From: Bdellovibrionales bacterium
GTDB taxonomy: Bacteria; Bdellovibrionota; Bdellovibrionia; Bdellovibrionales; UBA1609
Direction: 5' to 3'
Length of the DNA: 64,000 nt
Assembly: GCA_965203095.1 (NCBI GenBank)
Contig: OZ241877.1
Location: forward strand, 1,472,001 to 1,536,000
Under the pieces are notes generated by a model. It searched no databases. It was not told the origin of the DNA and saw only the letters and a list, made by a program, of their open reading frames with translations. Position 1 is the first letter of the stretch, and every line of letters starts with the position of its first letter. The translations under genes and the position numbers were made by a program. Shown one piece after another: positions 39,998 through 50,477 of this stretch.

Positions 39998-42817
39998 ATG
40001 CAATGGTTTAAATTTTCCCCAATAACTTTTCCCTCTGTTTCTTACCGGTCTATGGCCTATTTGGCCACAGTTTTAACTGGCCTGGCCTCCCTTTGTGCTC
40101 AAGTGGTTTGGCAAAAATATTTGACTATTTTAGTGGGAAGTGACACCCTCTCCATAAGCCTTGTGATTGCTGTTTTTTTATTGGGTTTGGCTGTGGGCTA
40201 CTATGTGTTTGGGAAAATTACGGAAAAGCCATGGACCCGCCATCGCCTTTTAAAAGTTTATGGTTTTTTAGAATTAGTCACTGCTCTTTATATTTCTGTT
40301 TTTTATATCTATTTTGAACCTTTAAAAAGTTTGAGCTTTCATTCCCCCCCTCATCTTTTAATGGATGTTTTTGTATCCTTTTTGGCTTTGTTTTTGCCTA
40401 CATTTCTTATGGGGGCTTCTCTCCCGGTTTTAACAGCCACTTTGCCGGGGAAACATGAGGAGATCAATCCCACTCATGTTCAAATCTATGGTTGGAACAG
40501 TTTGGGGGCTTTTCTTGGAGTCCTGCTTTCGGGTTTTTTCCTTCTTCCCCTCATAGGTTTGGAGTTGACTTTAATTTTCTCTGGAGGGATCAACCTGATC
40601 GCCAGTTTGATATTTATGGCCAACAATTTGAAGGGGCCGGTGCTCAGGCAAAAAATTTCTTCCCTTCCTTCACGGATCCCCAACTGGTTTTATATTTTCT
40701 TTGGTTTTGCTTGTGGGGCTATTGTTATCTCTTTTGAGCTTTTGTTTGTCCGTTTATTGAACTTGAGTGGTGGGCCGGGGGTTTATAATTTCCCCATTAT
40801 TTTGTCTCTGTTTGTGGGGGGCTTGGCCCTTGGAAGTTTAACGGTCAAAAGTCATAAAATTTCAACAAGTTTTTTTATAAGGCAAATTTTAATCAGCTTG
40901 GTTCTCTTGGGTTTGACTTATGTTTTTTCTCCTTACTGGTCAATATGGATCAGCCATATTCGGGTGAGTTTGCTCTCTATCCCTTCTAACTATTTTGTTT
41001 TTAAGGTTTTTCTTTATCTCTTTTCGGCTTTAGCCCTTTTTCCGGCCATTTTTTTTATGGGGCGACTTCTCCCTTTATGCTATGCTCTGTTAAAAAAGGA
41101 TGAGCGAACTTTTGGTTCGATTTGTGGTTTCTTGTATTTTTCCAACACATTAGGGACTGTTTTTGGAACGATTGGCATTGGTTATTTGGCTTTTTATATT
41201 TTTGATTTAGACGATCTGTTTAAAATCAATCTTGTTTTTTTGTCAGCTTTAGCTTTGTTCTCTGCTCTTTACGAAAAAAGACTATGGGCTGGTGGTCTTG
41301 CTTTTATTTTGGCCATCTCTTTTCTTTTACTTCCGGGCTGGGATCGCTCAGGCCATGAGTTAGGCTATTTTAGGATCAGAAGTCCTATGAATTTTCATTT
41401 CAAAAAACTTTTTTCCCTTCCAAGTAATCATCAAAGCTCTGTTCTTTATTTTAATGATGGGCCTAATGTTTCCGTCACTTTGTTGGGGCGAAAAAATGAA
41501 AAAACTCGTCCGGAGTTAAAAGCTCTTTTCCCCTCATCAGAGTATAGCGGGGCTTCTTATGTGGTGAATGGGAAAGCCATTGCCGACACTGTGGGAGATT
41601 TTTCTACCATGTTTTTGCTGGCTGGTTTGGGCTACCTTTATGCACCGGAAAGGGCGGAGGGGCTTTCCTCAGCTGTGATTGGTTTGGGCACAGGGGGAAC
41701 AGCAGGAGTTTTGGCTCACTTAGAGGATAGCCGGGATGTGACTGTTTTAGAGATTGCTCCTGAAGTGGTAGACAATGTGCGACGCGAGCCTTCCTATAGT
41801 TTTGGCCTGTTGGAAAATCCTAAAGCCAAAGTTATAGCACAGGATGGTTTTAAGTATTTTACAAAAACCAGAAAAAAGTTTGATCTGATCGTTTCAGAAC
41901 CTTCTAATCCTTGGGTGATTGGTGTGGAAAATGTATTTTCTCTGGAATTTTATGAGCTGGTAAAAAACTCTTTGGCTGAAGATGGGGTGTTGGTCCAGTG
42001 GGCCCAACTTTACAGTATTGATATAGACACTTTACGAATTATGATAGATACCCTTAACAAAGTATTTCCTCATGCTCGGCTTTACAGGATAGGAGGGCAG
42101 GATCTGGCTATTGTCGCAAGCCTTTCCCCCTTGCCACAAAGTTTTTTAGAGAAAAGATTTTTTAATTCTTTTCTCCAGCCTTATTTTAAGGCTTTGGGTT
42201 TTCATCATTTAGAGGATATAGATATGATTCAGATCTTTTCTGAAAAAATGATGTCCAAAATTGCCAAAACCAATCAGTTAGGGCCTCACACTCTCACTTT
42301 GCCTAAGTTGGCTTATAGGGGGGATAAAACTTTTTTCCTTGGTAGTATAATGACTCCTGAAAACTTAGCCCCAAATTATTTGTTTGAAACAGGAAAAAAG
42401 AGTCGAGTGTTTAAAAAATATTCTGGATTTTCTGATAAAAAACTCAAAGAAACCTGCATTCCAGAAGTTGGCTTTTTTTGCAATATTCTTAATCGGGCTA
42501 TCCAAAACAAAACGGCTTTTGAAAATAAAAAAGATAAAGCCTCTTTTCGCCTCAATAGTTATGTTTTTTTGAGGAGTCATGGTTTGATAGAGCATTCGGC
42601 TTCATTCCTAAAGGAACTGAGGGAAGATATTGTGGAAAATAAAATTCAAAGTGATAGCCTAATTCATATTTATTTAAATCATATTTTAAGCCAAAAGCTG
42701 TATGAGCAAGCCCGGAAGGACTTAGCTCTTTTTCAGGAAAAAGACATTTTAAAAGAAGATTCAAAAAAACGAATGATGGATTACATTGAGACAGTTAAAA
42801 AAGAGCAATCTTTATAA
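39998..42817 (+). CDS. fused membrane domain / spermidine synthase-like methyltransferase
   Basis: Two repeated TM blocks, VIGLGTGGTA, LEI, DG, FDLIVSEPSNPW. Confidence 0.88.
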   Translation: MQWFKFSPITFPSVSYRSMAYLATVLTGLASLCAQVVWQKYLTILVGSDTLSISLVIAVFLLGLAVGYYVFGKITEKPWTRHRLLKVYGFLELVTALYISVFYIYFEPLKSLSFHSPPHLLMDVFVSFLALFLPTFLMGASLPVLTATLPGKHEEINPTHVQIYGWNSLGAFLGVLLSGFFLLPLIGLELTLIFSGGINLIASLIFMANNLKGPVLRQKISSLPSRIPNWFYIFFGFACGAIVISFELLFVRLLNLSGGPGVYNFPIILSLFVGGLALGSLTVKSHKISTSFFIRQILISLVLLGLTYVFSPYWSIWISHIRVSLLSIPSNYFVFKVFLYLFSALALFPAIFFMGRLLPLCYALLKKDERTFGSICGFLYFSNTLGTVFGTIGIGYLAFYIFDLDDLFKINLVFLSALALFSALYEKRLWAGGLAFILAISFLLLPGWDRSGHELGYFRIRSPMNFHFKKLFSLPSNHQSSVLYFNDGPNVSVTLLGRKNEKTRPELKALFPSSEYSGASYVVNGKAIADTVGDFSTMFLLAGLGYLYAPERAEGLSSAVIGLGTGGTAGVLAHLEDSRDVTVLEIAPEVVDNVRREPSYSFGLLENPKAKVIAQDGFKYFTKTRKKFDLIVSEPSNPWVIGVENVFSLEFYELVKNSLAEDGVLVQWAQLYSIDIDTLRIMIDTLNKVFPHARLYRIGGQDLAIVASLSPLPQSFLEKRFFNSFLQPYFKALGFHHLEDIDMIQIFSEKMMSKIAKTNQLGPHTLTLPKLAYRGDKTFFLGSIMTPENLAPNYLFETGKKSRVFKKYSGFSDKKLKETCIPEVGFFCNILNRAIQNKTAFENKKDKASFRLNSYVFLRSHGLIEHSASFLKELREDIVENKIQSDSLIHIYLNHILSQKLYEQARKDLALFQEKDILKEDSKKRMMDYIETVKKEQSL

Positions 42818-42998
42818 AAAAGGGGGCCATGTTTTTTAGCTCCTGCCAACTTTTTCCGGTTGCTTCCCGGCAAGCCTCAATCCTCTAAAACAAGCCCTTC
42901 CCATGAAACCAGTCCTCTCATAAAAACAGAGGTTCTTTTCATAAATCTTGTTAAAAAACACATATAGACTTTGCCCAAAAGCCCCCCAAGCTTTTGGG

Positions 42999-43022
42999 CT
43001 CTCGTGAAAACGGGAATCCAGG
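42999..43022 (+). repeat. REP-like palindrome (family B)
   Basis: CTCTCGTGAAAACGGGAATCCAGG. Confidence 0.7.
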
Positions 43023-43393
43023 AAAATTTTTCTCCCTGAAAACAAGGATTCTTTTCAAAAAAACTTATTAAAAAGCACTTTTCTTTAGTTTTTTTGCGGA
43101 ACTATAGGCTGAGATTTAAAGTAAAGAGATAACTCAAAACCAATCCACACAACAAAAGAACCGTGGCCAGCAAAGATCCAATATAACCTTGCTCATTAAA
43201 AACTTTACTGCAATAAAATTTTTCTAAAATAAGTTTATAGTAAAGTTTTACTAAGTAAAGCAAAAAACTTTTTGTAGTAAAATCTTATTTACTTAACAAA
43301 GTTTCATTTACTTAAGTAAAAGCAAAAAAATAAAAAGTTTTAATTTTCAAAAAAAAGGTTTTTTTTACACATGCTCATGGTTCATAAGGGGGT

Positions 43394-43543
43394 ATGACTT
43401 TTTTTGTTTCATTTTTTAAAACTCCTTTTTTTCTAATTTATGTTCTGTTTTTAGTGGTGATTTGGGGGCTGATTATTGTTCTCTTTTTAGCTTTTGGATT
43501 TGTTGTCTTTTTTTTTGCAATGAGATTTATAAAAAGACTTTAG
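43394..43543 (+). CDS. small hydrophobic peptide, 49 aa (below ORF-track cutoff)
   Basis: AAGGGGG-T-ATG; MTFFVSFFKTPFFLIYVLFLVVIWGLIIVLFLAFGFVVFFFAMRFIKRL. Confidence 0.45.
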   Translation: MTFFVSFFKTPFFLIYVLFLVVIWGLIIVLFLAFGFVVFFFAMRFIKRL

Positions 43544-43787
43544 TTTCTTGGCCAATCAGCTGATAAGAACAATATAAAACTGCTGATTTTAATCCTTTTA
43601 TGTTTCTCAACCCCTGCATGGGCAAATACAAAAGCTTTGATTGAAAGGCAACGAGTCTTAGTTGAAAAATCCAGCCAAGCTCTTAAAGATTTGACGGATA
43701 TAACTTTGGAATTACTTTTTCCCCAACCTCCAAATAAGCCTCAAAAACCCTATTCTGGCTGAATATTTGGGCATTTTCACGAAAAGC

Positions 43788-43815
43788 TTGACATTCAACC
43801 CGGTGTTCATATAAT
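43788..43815 (+). promoter_or_regulatory. consensus sigma-70 promoter
   Basis: TTGACA-N16-TATAAT, 6 nt before the ATG at 43822. Confidence 0.7.
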
Positions 43816-43821
43816 GGGGGT

Positions 43822-44094
43822 ATGGCAAACTTTTTATCGGTTTTAGTTTCTTTAGGTTTTAGTGTTGAGAGCATTCTCTTATTTGGTGTTTTGTTTTTCT
43901 TTTTTATAAGGTTTGGCCATAAGTTTGAGCTTTTAAATAAAGAGATAAGTCACATAAAAGAGACTTTAGGTAAAGACATAGGTCACATAAAAGAGACTTT
44001 AAGCAATCATATAACAGATACAAACAAAAAGATTGATCAGCTGAATAGCAAGTTTGACAAAGTTATGGACTATCTTTTAAAGAAAAAATCCTAA
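43822..44094 (+). CDS. small TM plus coiled-coil protein with 11-aa duplication
   Basis: KEISHIKETLG/KDIGHIKETLS, visible as a 33-bp DNA repeat. Confidence 0.8.
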   Translation: MANFLSVLVSLGFSVESILLFGVLFFFFIRFGHKFELLNKEISHIKETLGKDIGHIKETLSNHITDTNKKIDQLNSKFDKVMDYLLKKKS

Positions 44095-44165
44095 TACAGT
44101 TTCTATTGAGATCAACTCAGGAGAAGTGACTGATTCCAAACTTTTAGAAGTTCAGCTAATAAAAT

Positions 44166-45923
44166 TCAGTAGGAGGACTGTTCGTTGGCTTTTAAAAAGA
44201 GTAAAGATTTATGGTAAGGGTATTGGTTTAACGCTCGCTTGCTGAATATATCTGCTGTGGATTTATCCTTCAGTTTATAACTGCAAATAGCCACTCCAGC
44301 CAAGCCTGACAAATGATCTGGGAAGAGGGCAAGCAGTTCCCGCCATGTGGCCAAAGCTCTCAGCCAATCCTCTTTTTGCTCAAAAAGATGAGCCTTTAAA
44401 ATCAAAGGCAAGCTTTGTGTTTGATCCAAACTGTCATAATCTATGAGGGAAAAAACCTGTTCCGCCTGCAAGCTCTTTTCTTGCAAAATCAAAAGATAAG
44501 CATAAAGAGAAAGAAACAGAGCTGTCGGCCTCCTGTTTTTTGCCTGTTCAATGTATTTGGCCCCTCGCTCAAAATGACCAGTTTTTAAATAACAAAAACC
44601 ATTTAAAGCATTGAGCTGGCTGTTTTGTGGATCCCAATTAAAAAGGCTTTGGCAATAGGGGTAAAGCTCCTGCCAAGCCAAACTTTTAATAGCTGTAAAA
44701 GAGCTGTATTTATACTCCCTCTCAAAAAAAGGATCTTCATTTAAAAGGCTATGAATGGCTCGCCCCATATCCTCCTGCCTTTGCTCTCTCATATAGGAAT
44801 AGGCCAAAATGAGATAAAGCTCCTGCGTATACTCACTGAGTATTTTCACACTTTGGCCTAAAAGCAAGCTATCATTGATATAGGAAATCAAAGCTTGAGT
44901 TTGATTTTGTTGGAGGAGATTCAATGCCTTAAGATAAAAAACAATAGATCTTTCATAACCTGTGCTCATTAAAAGTTCTAAATAAGAAAGAGACCTGGAG
45001 CTGTTTTCCCTCTTCAACTCCAACACAGATAAATTGAGCAAAGCCAAAGGATCTTTCATCTTATCCCAAGCTATCTGAAAATGCTTTTCTGCCAAAGAAA
45101 AATCAGATTGGAAAAAGGCCAACAAACCCCTCAGTAAAAAACCTTCAGAGCGATCAGTTAAAACAGTTTCTGAAATTTCATTAGCCATCAAAGTGGCTTT
45201 TTGCAGTTGGCCATCTTGAAGCAATAGGCTGGAAAGAATGATCTTTTCCTCATCTGTCAAAATGTCTTCAGAGTGAGCTTTCTCAAAGTAAGGCAAGGCT
45301 TTTTTATAATCCCCCGCAGAATAAAAACTTAAGCCTTTGGATTTAAAATCTTCTCTAATAGTTTGTTTTTCTCGTAAAGGAGAGAGAAATTCTTTATAGG
45401 CAATATAAGCTGTTAAAGACAAAGCTAAAAATATAATGATTTTCCAGCTGATTTTGACAATAGCTCTTACTTTTTTCCTGACAATTAGCTCCCCCTGTTC
45501 CGATGGTTGATAAGGGGAGTCACCAGTTAGCAGATCCTTATTTGTGGCCTGCACTTCATACACAACTTTTTGGGCCGATTGCCTTTCTTCTATAGAAAGC
45601 TCCTTTTTCCCACCTTCAGTAGTTTCTCCTATCTTTGCTGTATCAGTTTTTGTTCTGCTTTTTTGTGTTTGAGAAAAGGTTTGGATCCGCCGGGCGGTTT
45701 TAGTAATAAAATTGGTCAGTCGGTCAGAAACATCCATAGAGCGAATGGCCTCTTTAAAATCAGAATGATCTCGCAAATAGTGATAAATGCTGAAAGGTTC
45801 TGCCACTTCACTAAAAGTGGAGATCTGGCCATTTTTGATGAGCCGAATCACTTCCTCTTTGTCAAAAGGTCCTAAAATTTGCCCATCGGAGCGGATAAGA
45901 AAAAGTTTTTTTGATTCAGACAT
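44166..45923 (-). CDS. GYF_2-like domain / TM / TPR protein
   Basis: N-terminal DGQILGPFDKEEVIRLIKNGQI, one TM, TPR-like helices. Confidence 0.78.
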   Translation of the reverse strand: MSESKKLFLIRSDGQILGPFDKEEVIRLIKNGQISTFSEVAEPFSIYHYLRDHSDFKEAIRSMDVSDRLTNFITKTARRIQTFSQTQKSRTKTDTAKIGETTEGGKKELSIEERQSAQKVVYEVQATNKDLLTGDSPYQPSEQGELIVRKKVRAIVKISWKIIIFLALSLTAYIAYKEFLSPLREKQTIREDFKSKGLSFYSAGDYKKALPYFEKAHSEDILTDEEKIILSSLLLQDGQLQKATLMANEISETVLTDRSEGFLLRGLLAFFQSDFSLAEKHFQIAWDKMKDPLALLNLSVLELKRENSSRSLSYLELLMSTGYERSIVFYLKALNLLQQNQTQALISYINDSLLLGQSVKILSEYTQELYLILAYSYMREQRQEDMGRAIHSLLNEDPFFEREYKYSSFTAIKSLAWQELYPYCQSLFNWDPQNSQLNALNGFCYLKTGHFERGAKYIEQAKNRRPTALFLSLYAYLLILQEKSLQAEQVFSLIDYDSLDQTQSLPLILKAHLFEQKEDWLRALATWRELLALFPDHLSGLAGVAICSYKLKDKSTADIFSKRALNQYPYHKSLLFLKANEQSSY

Positions 45924-45986
45924 ATCCTTCTCTCTTTCCTGTTGGAATTTTCAAACCACAAAAAACTCCTCGGCAGGAATTAACAT

Positions 45987-47528
45987 TTAATGCTTAAAAT
46001 GCCTCTGGCCTGTTAAAACCATATTAATATTCCACTCCTTTGCTTTTTTTAAAACCTCTTTATCTCGAAGAGAACCTCCTGGCTGGATGATCCAAGACAG
46101 CCCCCCTTGGCCTGCCAAATCTATAGAATCGGGAAAAGGGAAAAAACCATCACTGGCCAAAGTCAGATCTTCTGCTCTGCCAGGGTGAAACTCCTTTAAA
46201 TTTTGAAGTGCTAAACGCACAGCCGAAACACGGCTCACCTGCCCCATACCTAAACCTAAGGACTGCCCTCCCTTCACAATGGCAATGGCATTGCTTTTTA
46301 AATGGGCAGAAATTTTCCAAGCCAAAAGCAAATCTTTTTTTTGCTCTTCCGATGGCGGATTCCCTATCAACTTCCAATTTTCAGACCAAGAGTAGGGCAC
46401 AAAATCCCTTGTTTGACTTAAAAATCCCCCCATGATTTCAGTAAAAGAGTTTTTATCCCCGGAGAAAGAAAACATCTCTGGCCATTTTAACACTATCAGC
46501 TTTTTTTTGTTTTTTAAATTTTCCAAAGCGGATGAGGAAAAGTCCGGAGCTATTAAACCCTCTAAGAAAACCTTAGAGAGCTTTTCGACAGCTAAAAGAT
46601 CCAAAGGGCGGTTAAAAGCCAAAATGCCTCCAAAAACACTTAGAGGGTCGGCTTTTAAAACTTGCTCTACAGCCATAGAAATAGAATGAGATAAGGCCAT
46701 TCCACAAGGATTGTTGTGCTTGACTGCCACAGCACAAGGCTCTTTAAAACCTTTAATTGATGAAACAGCAGTTTGAAAGTCCAAAAGATTGTTATAAGAT
46801 AGATCTTTCCCCATAAGCTGGATAGCGGAATGAAGGCCCTGCTGAGAGCGAGTAAACCAATGAGCCTGTTGATGAGGGTTTTCCCCATATCTTAAACTTT
46901 TGAAAAAACTTCCCTTAATGGTTATAGAAGCTGGTGGGGCCTCTATAGCGGGATCTCTTTTTTGATAGAGTTCTTTTTGTTTGAGCCGATTTGCAATAGT
47001 GGCGTCATAACGGGAAAGCCTTTCAAAAACTTTACTGGCTAAAAGCTTTCTCCCTTGCAAATCTGTTCCTTTTTGAGCTTTAGAATAATCCTCTGGACAG
47101 CAAAGCACTGTGACACTGAAATAATTTTTAGCCGCCGCTCTCAAAAAGGCCGGCCCGCCCACATCAATCCATTCTGCAAGCTCTTTTTCATCTTGATAAG
47201 GATCTTGCTCTTCAAAGGGATAAACCTGCCCCACAACCAAATCAAAAGGCTCCAGGCCATACTGTTTTAAAAGATCCTGATCCTCTTTTTTCCAATGGCG
47301 GGCTAAAAGGCAAATATGAATATGAGGATGAAGGCTTTTGACTCGCCCTGAGAGAACTTCTGGAAAACCCGTCAAGCCCTCAACATCCTGAACAGCAAAA
47401 CCCTTTGATTTTAAAAACTGCCCTGTGCCACCTGTAGAAACTATCTTTAAACCTTGCTGAACGAGAGGTTTTAAAAATTCCTTTAGTCCTCTCTTGTTAG
47501 AAACACTGATTAGAGCTTTTTTATACAT
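45987..47528 (-). CDS. purH: bifunctional AICAR transformylase / IMP cyclohydrolase
   Basis: ALISVS, STGGT, GRVKSLHP, LRYGENPHQ, KHNNPCG, SDGFFPF, QPGGS, RHFKH. Confidence 0.97.
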   Translation of the reverse strand: MYKKALISVSNKRGLKEFLKPLVQQGLKIVSTGGTGQFLKSKGFAVQDVEGLTGFPEVLSGRVKSLHPHIHICLLARHWKKEDQDLLKQYGLEPFDLVVGQVYPFEEQDPYQDEKELAEWIDVGGPAFLRAAAKNYFSVTVLCCPEDYSKAQKGTDLQGRKLLASKVFERLSRYDATIANRLKQKELYQKRDPAIEAPPASITIKGSFFKSLRYGENPHQQAHWFTRSQQGLHSAIQLMGKDLSYNNLLDFQTAVSSIKGFKEPCAVAVKHNNPCGMALSHSISMAVEQVLKADPLSVFGGILAFNRPLDLLAVEKLSKVFLEGLIAPDFSSSALENLKNKKKLIVLKWPEMFSFSGDKNSFTEIMGGFLSQTRDFVPYSWSENWKLIGNPPSEEQKKDLLLAWKISAHLKSNAIAIVKGGQSLGLGMGQVSRVSAVRLALQNLKEFHPGRAEDLTLASDGFFPFPDSIDLAGQGGLSWIIQPGGSLRDKEVLKKAKEWNINMVLTGQRHFKH

Positions 47529-47669
47529 CCCACACCGCCTAAGGCTTATTTTAACAAAAGACCTCTCGCCTTCATAAAAGAGAAAAGTCGGTCTGCTTTC
47601 CTGATTCTAACATATTTTAACAAAAACAACAGGGACTAATATGAATTTCAAGCCAAACAAAGGTTATAT

Positions 47670-48803
47670 TTATCCATTTTTGTAGATTCGCTCAACCCTT
47701 GGGCCGATCCGGCACAACAGCTCATAAGGGATTGTGCCCAAAACTTCAGCCTGTTTTTCCAGGGACAAAACTTGTTTTTTTTGCCGTCCAAAAATAACCA
47801 CCTCTTCGCCCAACTTTACCGGAGGGCCTTTGCAATCCGTCAGATCCATCATAAAAAAATCCATACAAATAGCTCCTCTCACCGGCCTTTTTTCCCCTCT
47901 AAACAGGACTTTTTTTACTGTTCCCGCATTTCTTATAAAACCGTCCCCATAGCCTACAGACACTGTGGCTATTTGTGAGGGGCGGGTGGCTCTCCAAGTC
48001 TCTCCGTAAGAGACCACAGCCCCCTTCCGGACAGTCCGTAGGGCCACAACATAGCTTTTCCAACAGGATACAGGAGAAAGTGAGAGATCTTTCCATCTTT
48101 TTTCTGCTTTTTCGTTTTGGAAAGAAATTTTTGGCTTCAACCCATACAAACTGAGCCCCGGACGAGCCCCCCCCATTTTTAAGTTATGAGCATAAGAGGC
48201 TATCAAAGCCGAACTGTTTAAAAAGTGAATGTTAGACTCAGAAAATTTTTTTTGCAAAAGGGAAAATGGCAGAGTTTGATTAAAAGAACAGTTTTTTTTA
48301 TCCCCTAAGTCCTCACCGGAAGAGAGTTGCCCCGCCAAGCCCTCTAACTGAATTTGCGGGTGTTTTTTTAAAAAATCCTTAATTTTTTCTTTTTCATTCC
48401 AATTAAAGCCCAAACGGGAAAAGCCGGTGTCAAATTTCAAGTGGATGCGGGATGGCTTTTTTATCTGAGAAAGGCCCTTTAAATCTTGCCAGTTGTTGCA
48501 AACCAAAACCAGCCCTTCCTCTACAATCCAATGCAATTCCTCTACCTCTAAAACCGGCCCGAAAATCAAAATGTCCATCTCTTCCACAAACTCTCTGATG
48601 GACCATGCCTCACTAACGCTAATCACCCCCACTTGTTGAACCCCTGCTTGTAAAAGGGCTTGAGCCACTTTTACTGAGCCATGTCCATAGCCATCGGCTT
48701 TCAGCATGGGGCAAAAAAAAGCCCCTTCAGTTAAGCTCTTTAACAACAAACTATTCTGCTGGAGAAGATTCAAATGGATTTCTAAAACCGATCGATTTTT
48801 CAT
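47670..48803 (-). CDS. alr: alanine racemase
   Basis: LKADGYGHG, HLKFDTGFSRLG, RPGLSLYG, GYGDG, ICMD, TIPYE. Confidence 0.96.
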   Translation of the reverse strand: MKNRSVLEIHLNLLQQNSLLLKSLTEGAFFCPMLKADGYGHGSVKVAQALLQAGVQQVGVISVSEAWSIREFVEEMDILIFGPVLEVEELHWIVEEGLVLVCNNWQDLKGLSQIKKPSRIHLKFDTGFSRLGFNWNEKEKIKDFLKKHPQIQLEGLAGQLSSGEDLGDKKNCSFNQTLPFSLLQKKFSESNIHFLNSSALIASYAHNLKMGGARPGLSLYGLKPKISFQNEKAEKRWKDLSLSPVSCWKSYVVALRTVRKGAVVSYGETWRATRPSQIATVSVGYGDGFIRNAGTVKKVLFRGEKRPVRGAICMDFFMMDLTDCKGPPVKLGEEVVIFGRQKKQVLSLEKQAEVLGTIPYELLCRIGPRVERIYKNG

Positions 48804-48818
48804 TTTGATCCTTTCCTT

Positions 48819-50369
48819 TTAATAGCGATTTTTTAAAAATCCCTTCAAAGGCAAACGAAAGCCTATTTTTAAACCCCCTCCTTCAGGGGAGGAGAAAAAG
48901 ATCTCCCCCTCATTGGCTTGAATAAGGGACTGGGCCAAATTTAAACCCGTGCCCACTTGATTTTTTGTAGAGTAATAGAGGCGAAAAAGCTTATCATAAT
49001 CCCCATCAGGAACCCCCCTACCATAATCTCTAACAGAAAACAGCACATGCTCTCCATCCTTTTTAAGGGAGAGGTCGATTTTTGGCCTTTCCATCCCTCC
49101 CATAGCCTCTATGGCGTTTTTGAGCAATTCACGAATAATGAGTCGCAAAAACTTTTCAAAACCAAAAAGTTTTATATCAAAATCAAAATCTTCTTTAGAT
49201 TCTATTTGAGGGAACTTAAGCTTGAGCCGATCCCACTCTCGCTGGATCAGATCCTGAAAGCTCAAATCATCCCTATTGACATCTGCCTCAGCCTCTACTT
49301 TTAAAAAGGGCCGGCGATTGTTGTAAAAATAAAGCCAGGGGTTTTTTAGGGACTGTGCAGAGGGAAATATTCTTTCAGAACTGAAAGACAAAAAAGCTTT
49401 TTTTAAAAACTGATAAGCTGACACTAATGGGAAAAGCTTAAAACAAGAAAGAACCAGGGACAGACAAACCAGAGCAAAACAGATAAAAAAAGCCTTAAAG
49501 GCCCGCCTCTCTTCTAACCACAATATTGAGGGAGCTTGCTTTTTGACCACTAAAAACAAGTTCCCCTCTTCCCATTTTTTCAGCTGGTGCAGGTCCCCTG
49601 TTTTTTTCGAAAACAAATAGAGCCGGCCATTTGAAGAGCTTTTTTTGGAGTTCGGCTTTAAATAATCCCTCAAAGGAGATTTTTTGGGAATTATTTTAAA
49701 AATTTGAGAGCTATTGCTATGGAAAAGGTATTGCCCCTTGGCATTAATAGCGGAAAAACCTTTGGGAAGAACAAAAAAACTTTTGTCCGGCCTGAGGAAG
49801 GCCATTTTAAGTTCTCCCTCACTTATAGAATAGGCAAAAAAAGCTATGGGAGCTTTTAACTCCTCCCTTTTAATTGTTCCAAAATAAAATGGAAAGTCCG
49901 GCGGAGGGCTCTCAGTTAAAGAATCAAGATGGTTTTGAGAAACAAAAGCACGAGTTTTCTGGATTAAAAAAGCCTTTCTTTTCTTAAGCTTTTTTGCTCT
50001 CCTTTTAGAATTTTTCATTTTTTGAGAGGCTTTTTCCTCTATCTGTTCTGGAAAATGCGAAGGCCAAAAATCTCCTGCTATATAGGCTCGCTCTTTTCGT
50101 GAAGAGTGAGATATCAAGAGGGCAAAAAAGGGGCTGTTTTTGCCTATCTTTCTTTCTTTTTGGATTTTTTGTGCTTCAGCTATTAAAAAATTTTTCTTTT
50201 TATTTAACAAAATGGAGAGGGAAAGACTTTGAGATTTAACAGATTGTTTTAATAGGGAGTGCTGTAGACGGGCCTTCTCAGGTTTTGCCAAAAAAAAGCC
50301 GGCAAAAAACATCGAGAACAAGCCGATCCCGGTGAAAACAAAAAAGGGGAAATAAAACCGCCACCTCAT
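48819..50369 (-). CDS. membrane sensor with HATPase domain and no evident HisKA domain
   Basis: Two TMs; N box ELLKNAIEA, G1 VRDYGRG, F box, G2 GTGL. Confidence 0.8.
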   Translation of the reverse strand: MRWRFYFPFFVFTGIGLFSMFFAGFFLAKPEKARLQHSLLKQSVKSQSLSLSILLNKKKNFLIAEAQKIQKERKIGKNSPFFALLISHSSRKERAYIAGDFWPSHFPEQIEEKASQKMKNSKRRAKKLKKRKAFLIQKTRAFVSQNHLDSLTESPPPDFPFYFGTIKREELKAPIAFFAYSISEGELKMAFLRPDKSFFVLPKGFSAINAKGQYLFHSNSSQIFKIIPKKSPLRDYLKPNSKKSSSNGRLYLFSKKTGDLHQLKKWEEGNLFLVVKKQAPSILWLEERRAFKAFFICFALVCLSLVLSCFKLFPLVSAYQFLKKAFLSFSSERIFPSAQSLKNPWLYFYNNRRPFLKVEAEADVNRDDLSFQDLIQREWDRLKLKFPQIESKEDFDFDIKLFGFEKFLRLIIRELLKNAIEAMGGMERPKIDLSLKKDGEHVLFSVRDYGRGVPDGDYDKLFRLYYSTKNQVGTGLNLAQSLIQANEGEIFFSSPEGGGLKIGFRLPLKGFLKNRY

Positions 50370-50477
50370 AGAACTTACTGAATAGAGGAGTTTTTAATTA
50401 CTCACCTGTAAAAAAGCCTTAGACTTTTTCGGCTGGATCCCGGCAAGTTGCCAAATATGTCATAAATTACAAAGCTT

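Noticed and set aside
42836..43045. 69-aa ORF containing LDSRFHE
   Set aside because: Typical translation of a REP-like palindrome; no RBS or domain. The same applies to 31974-32210.
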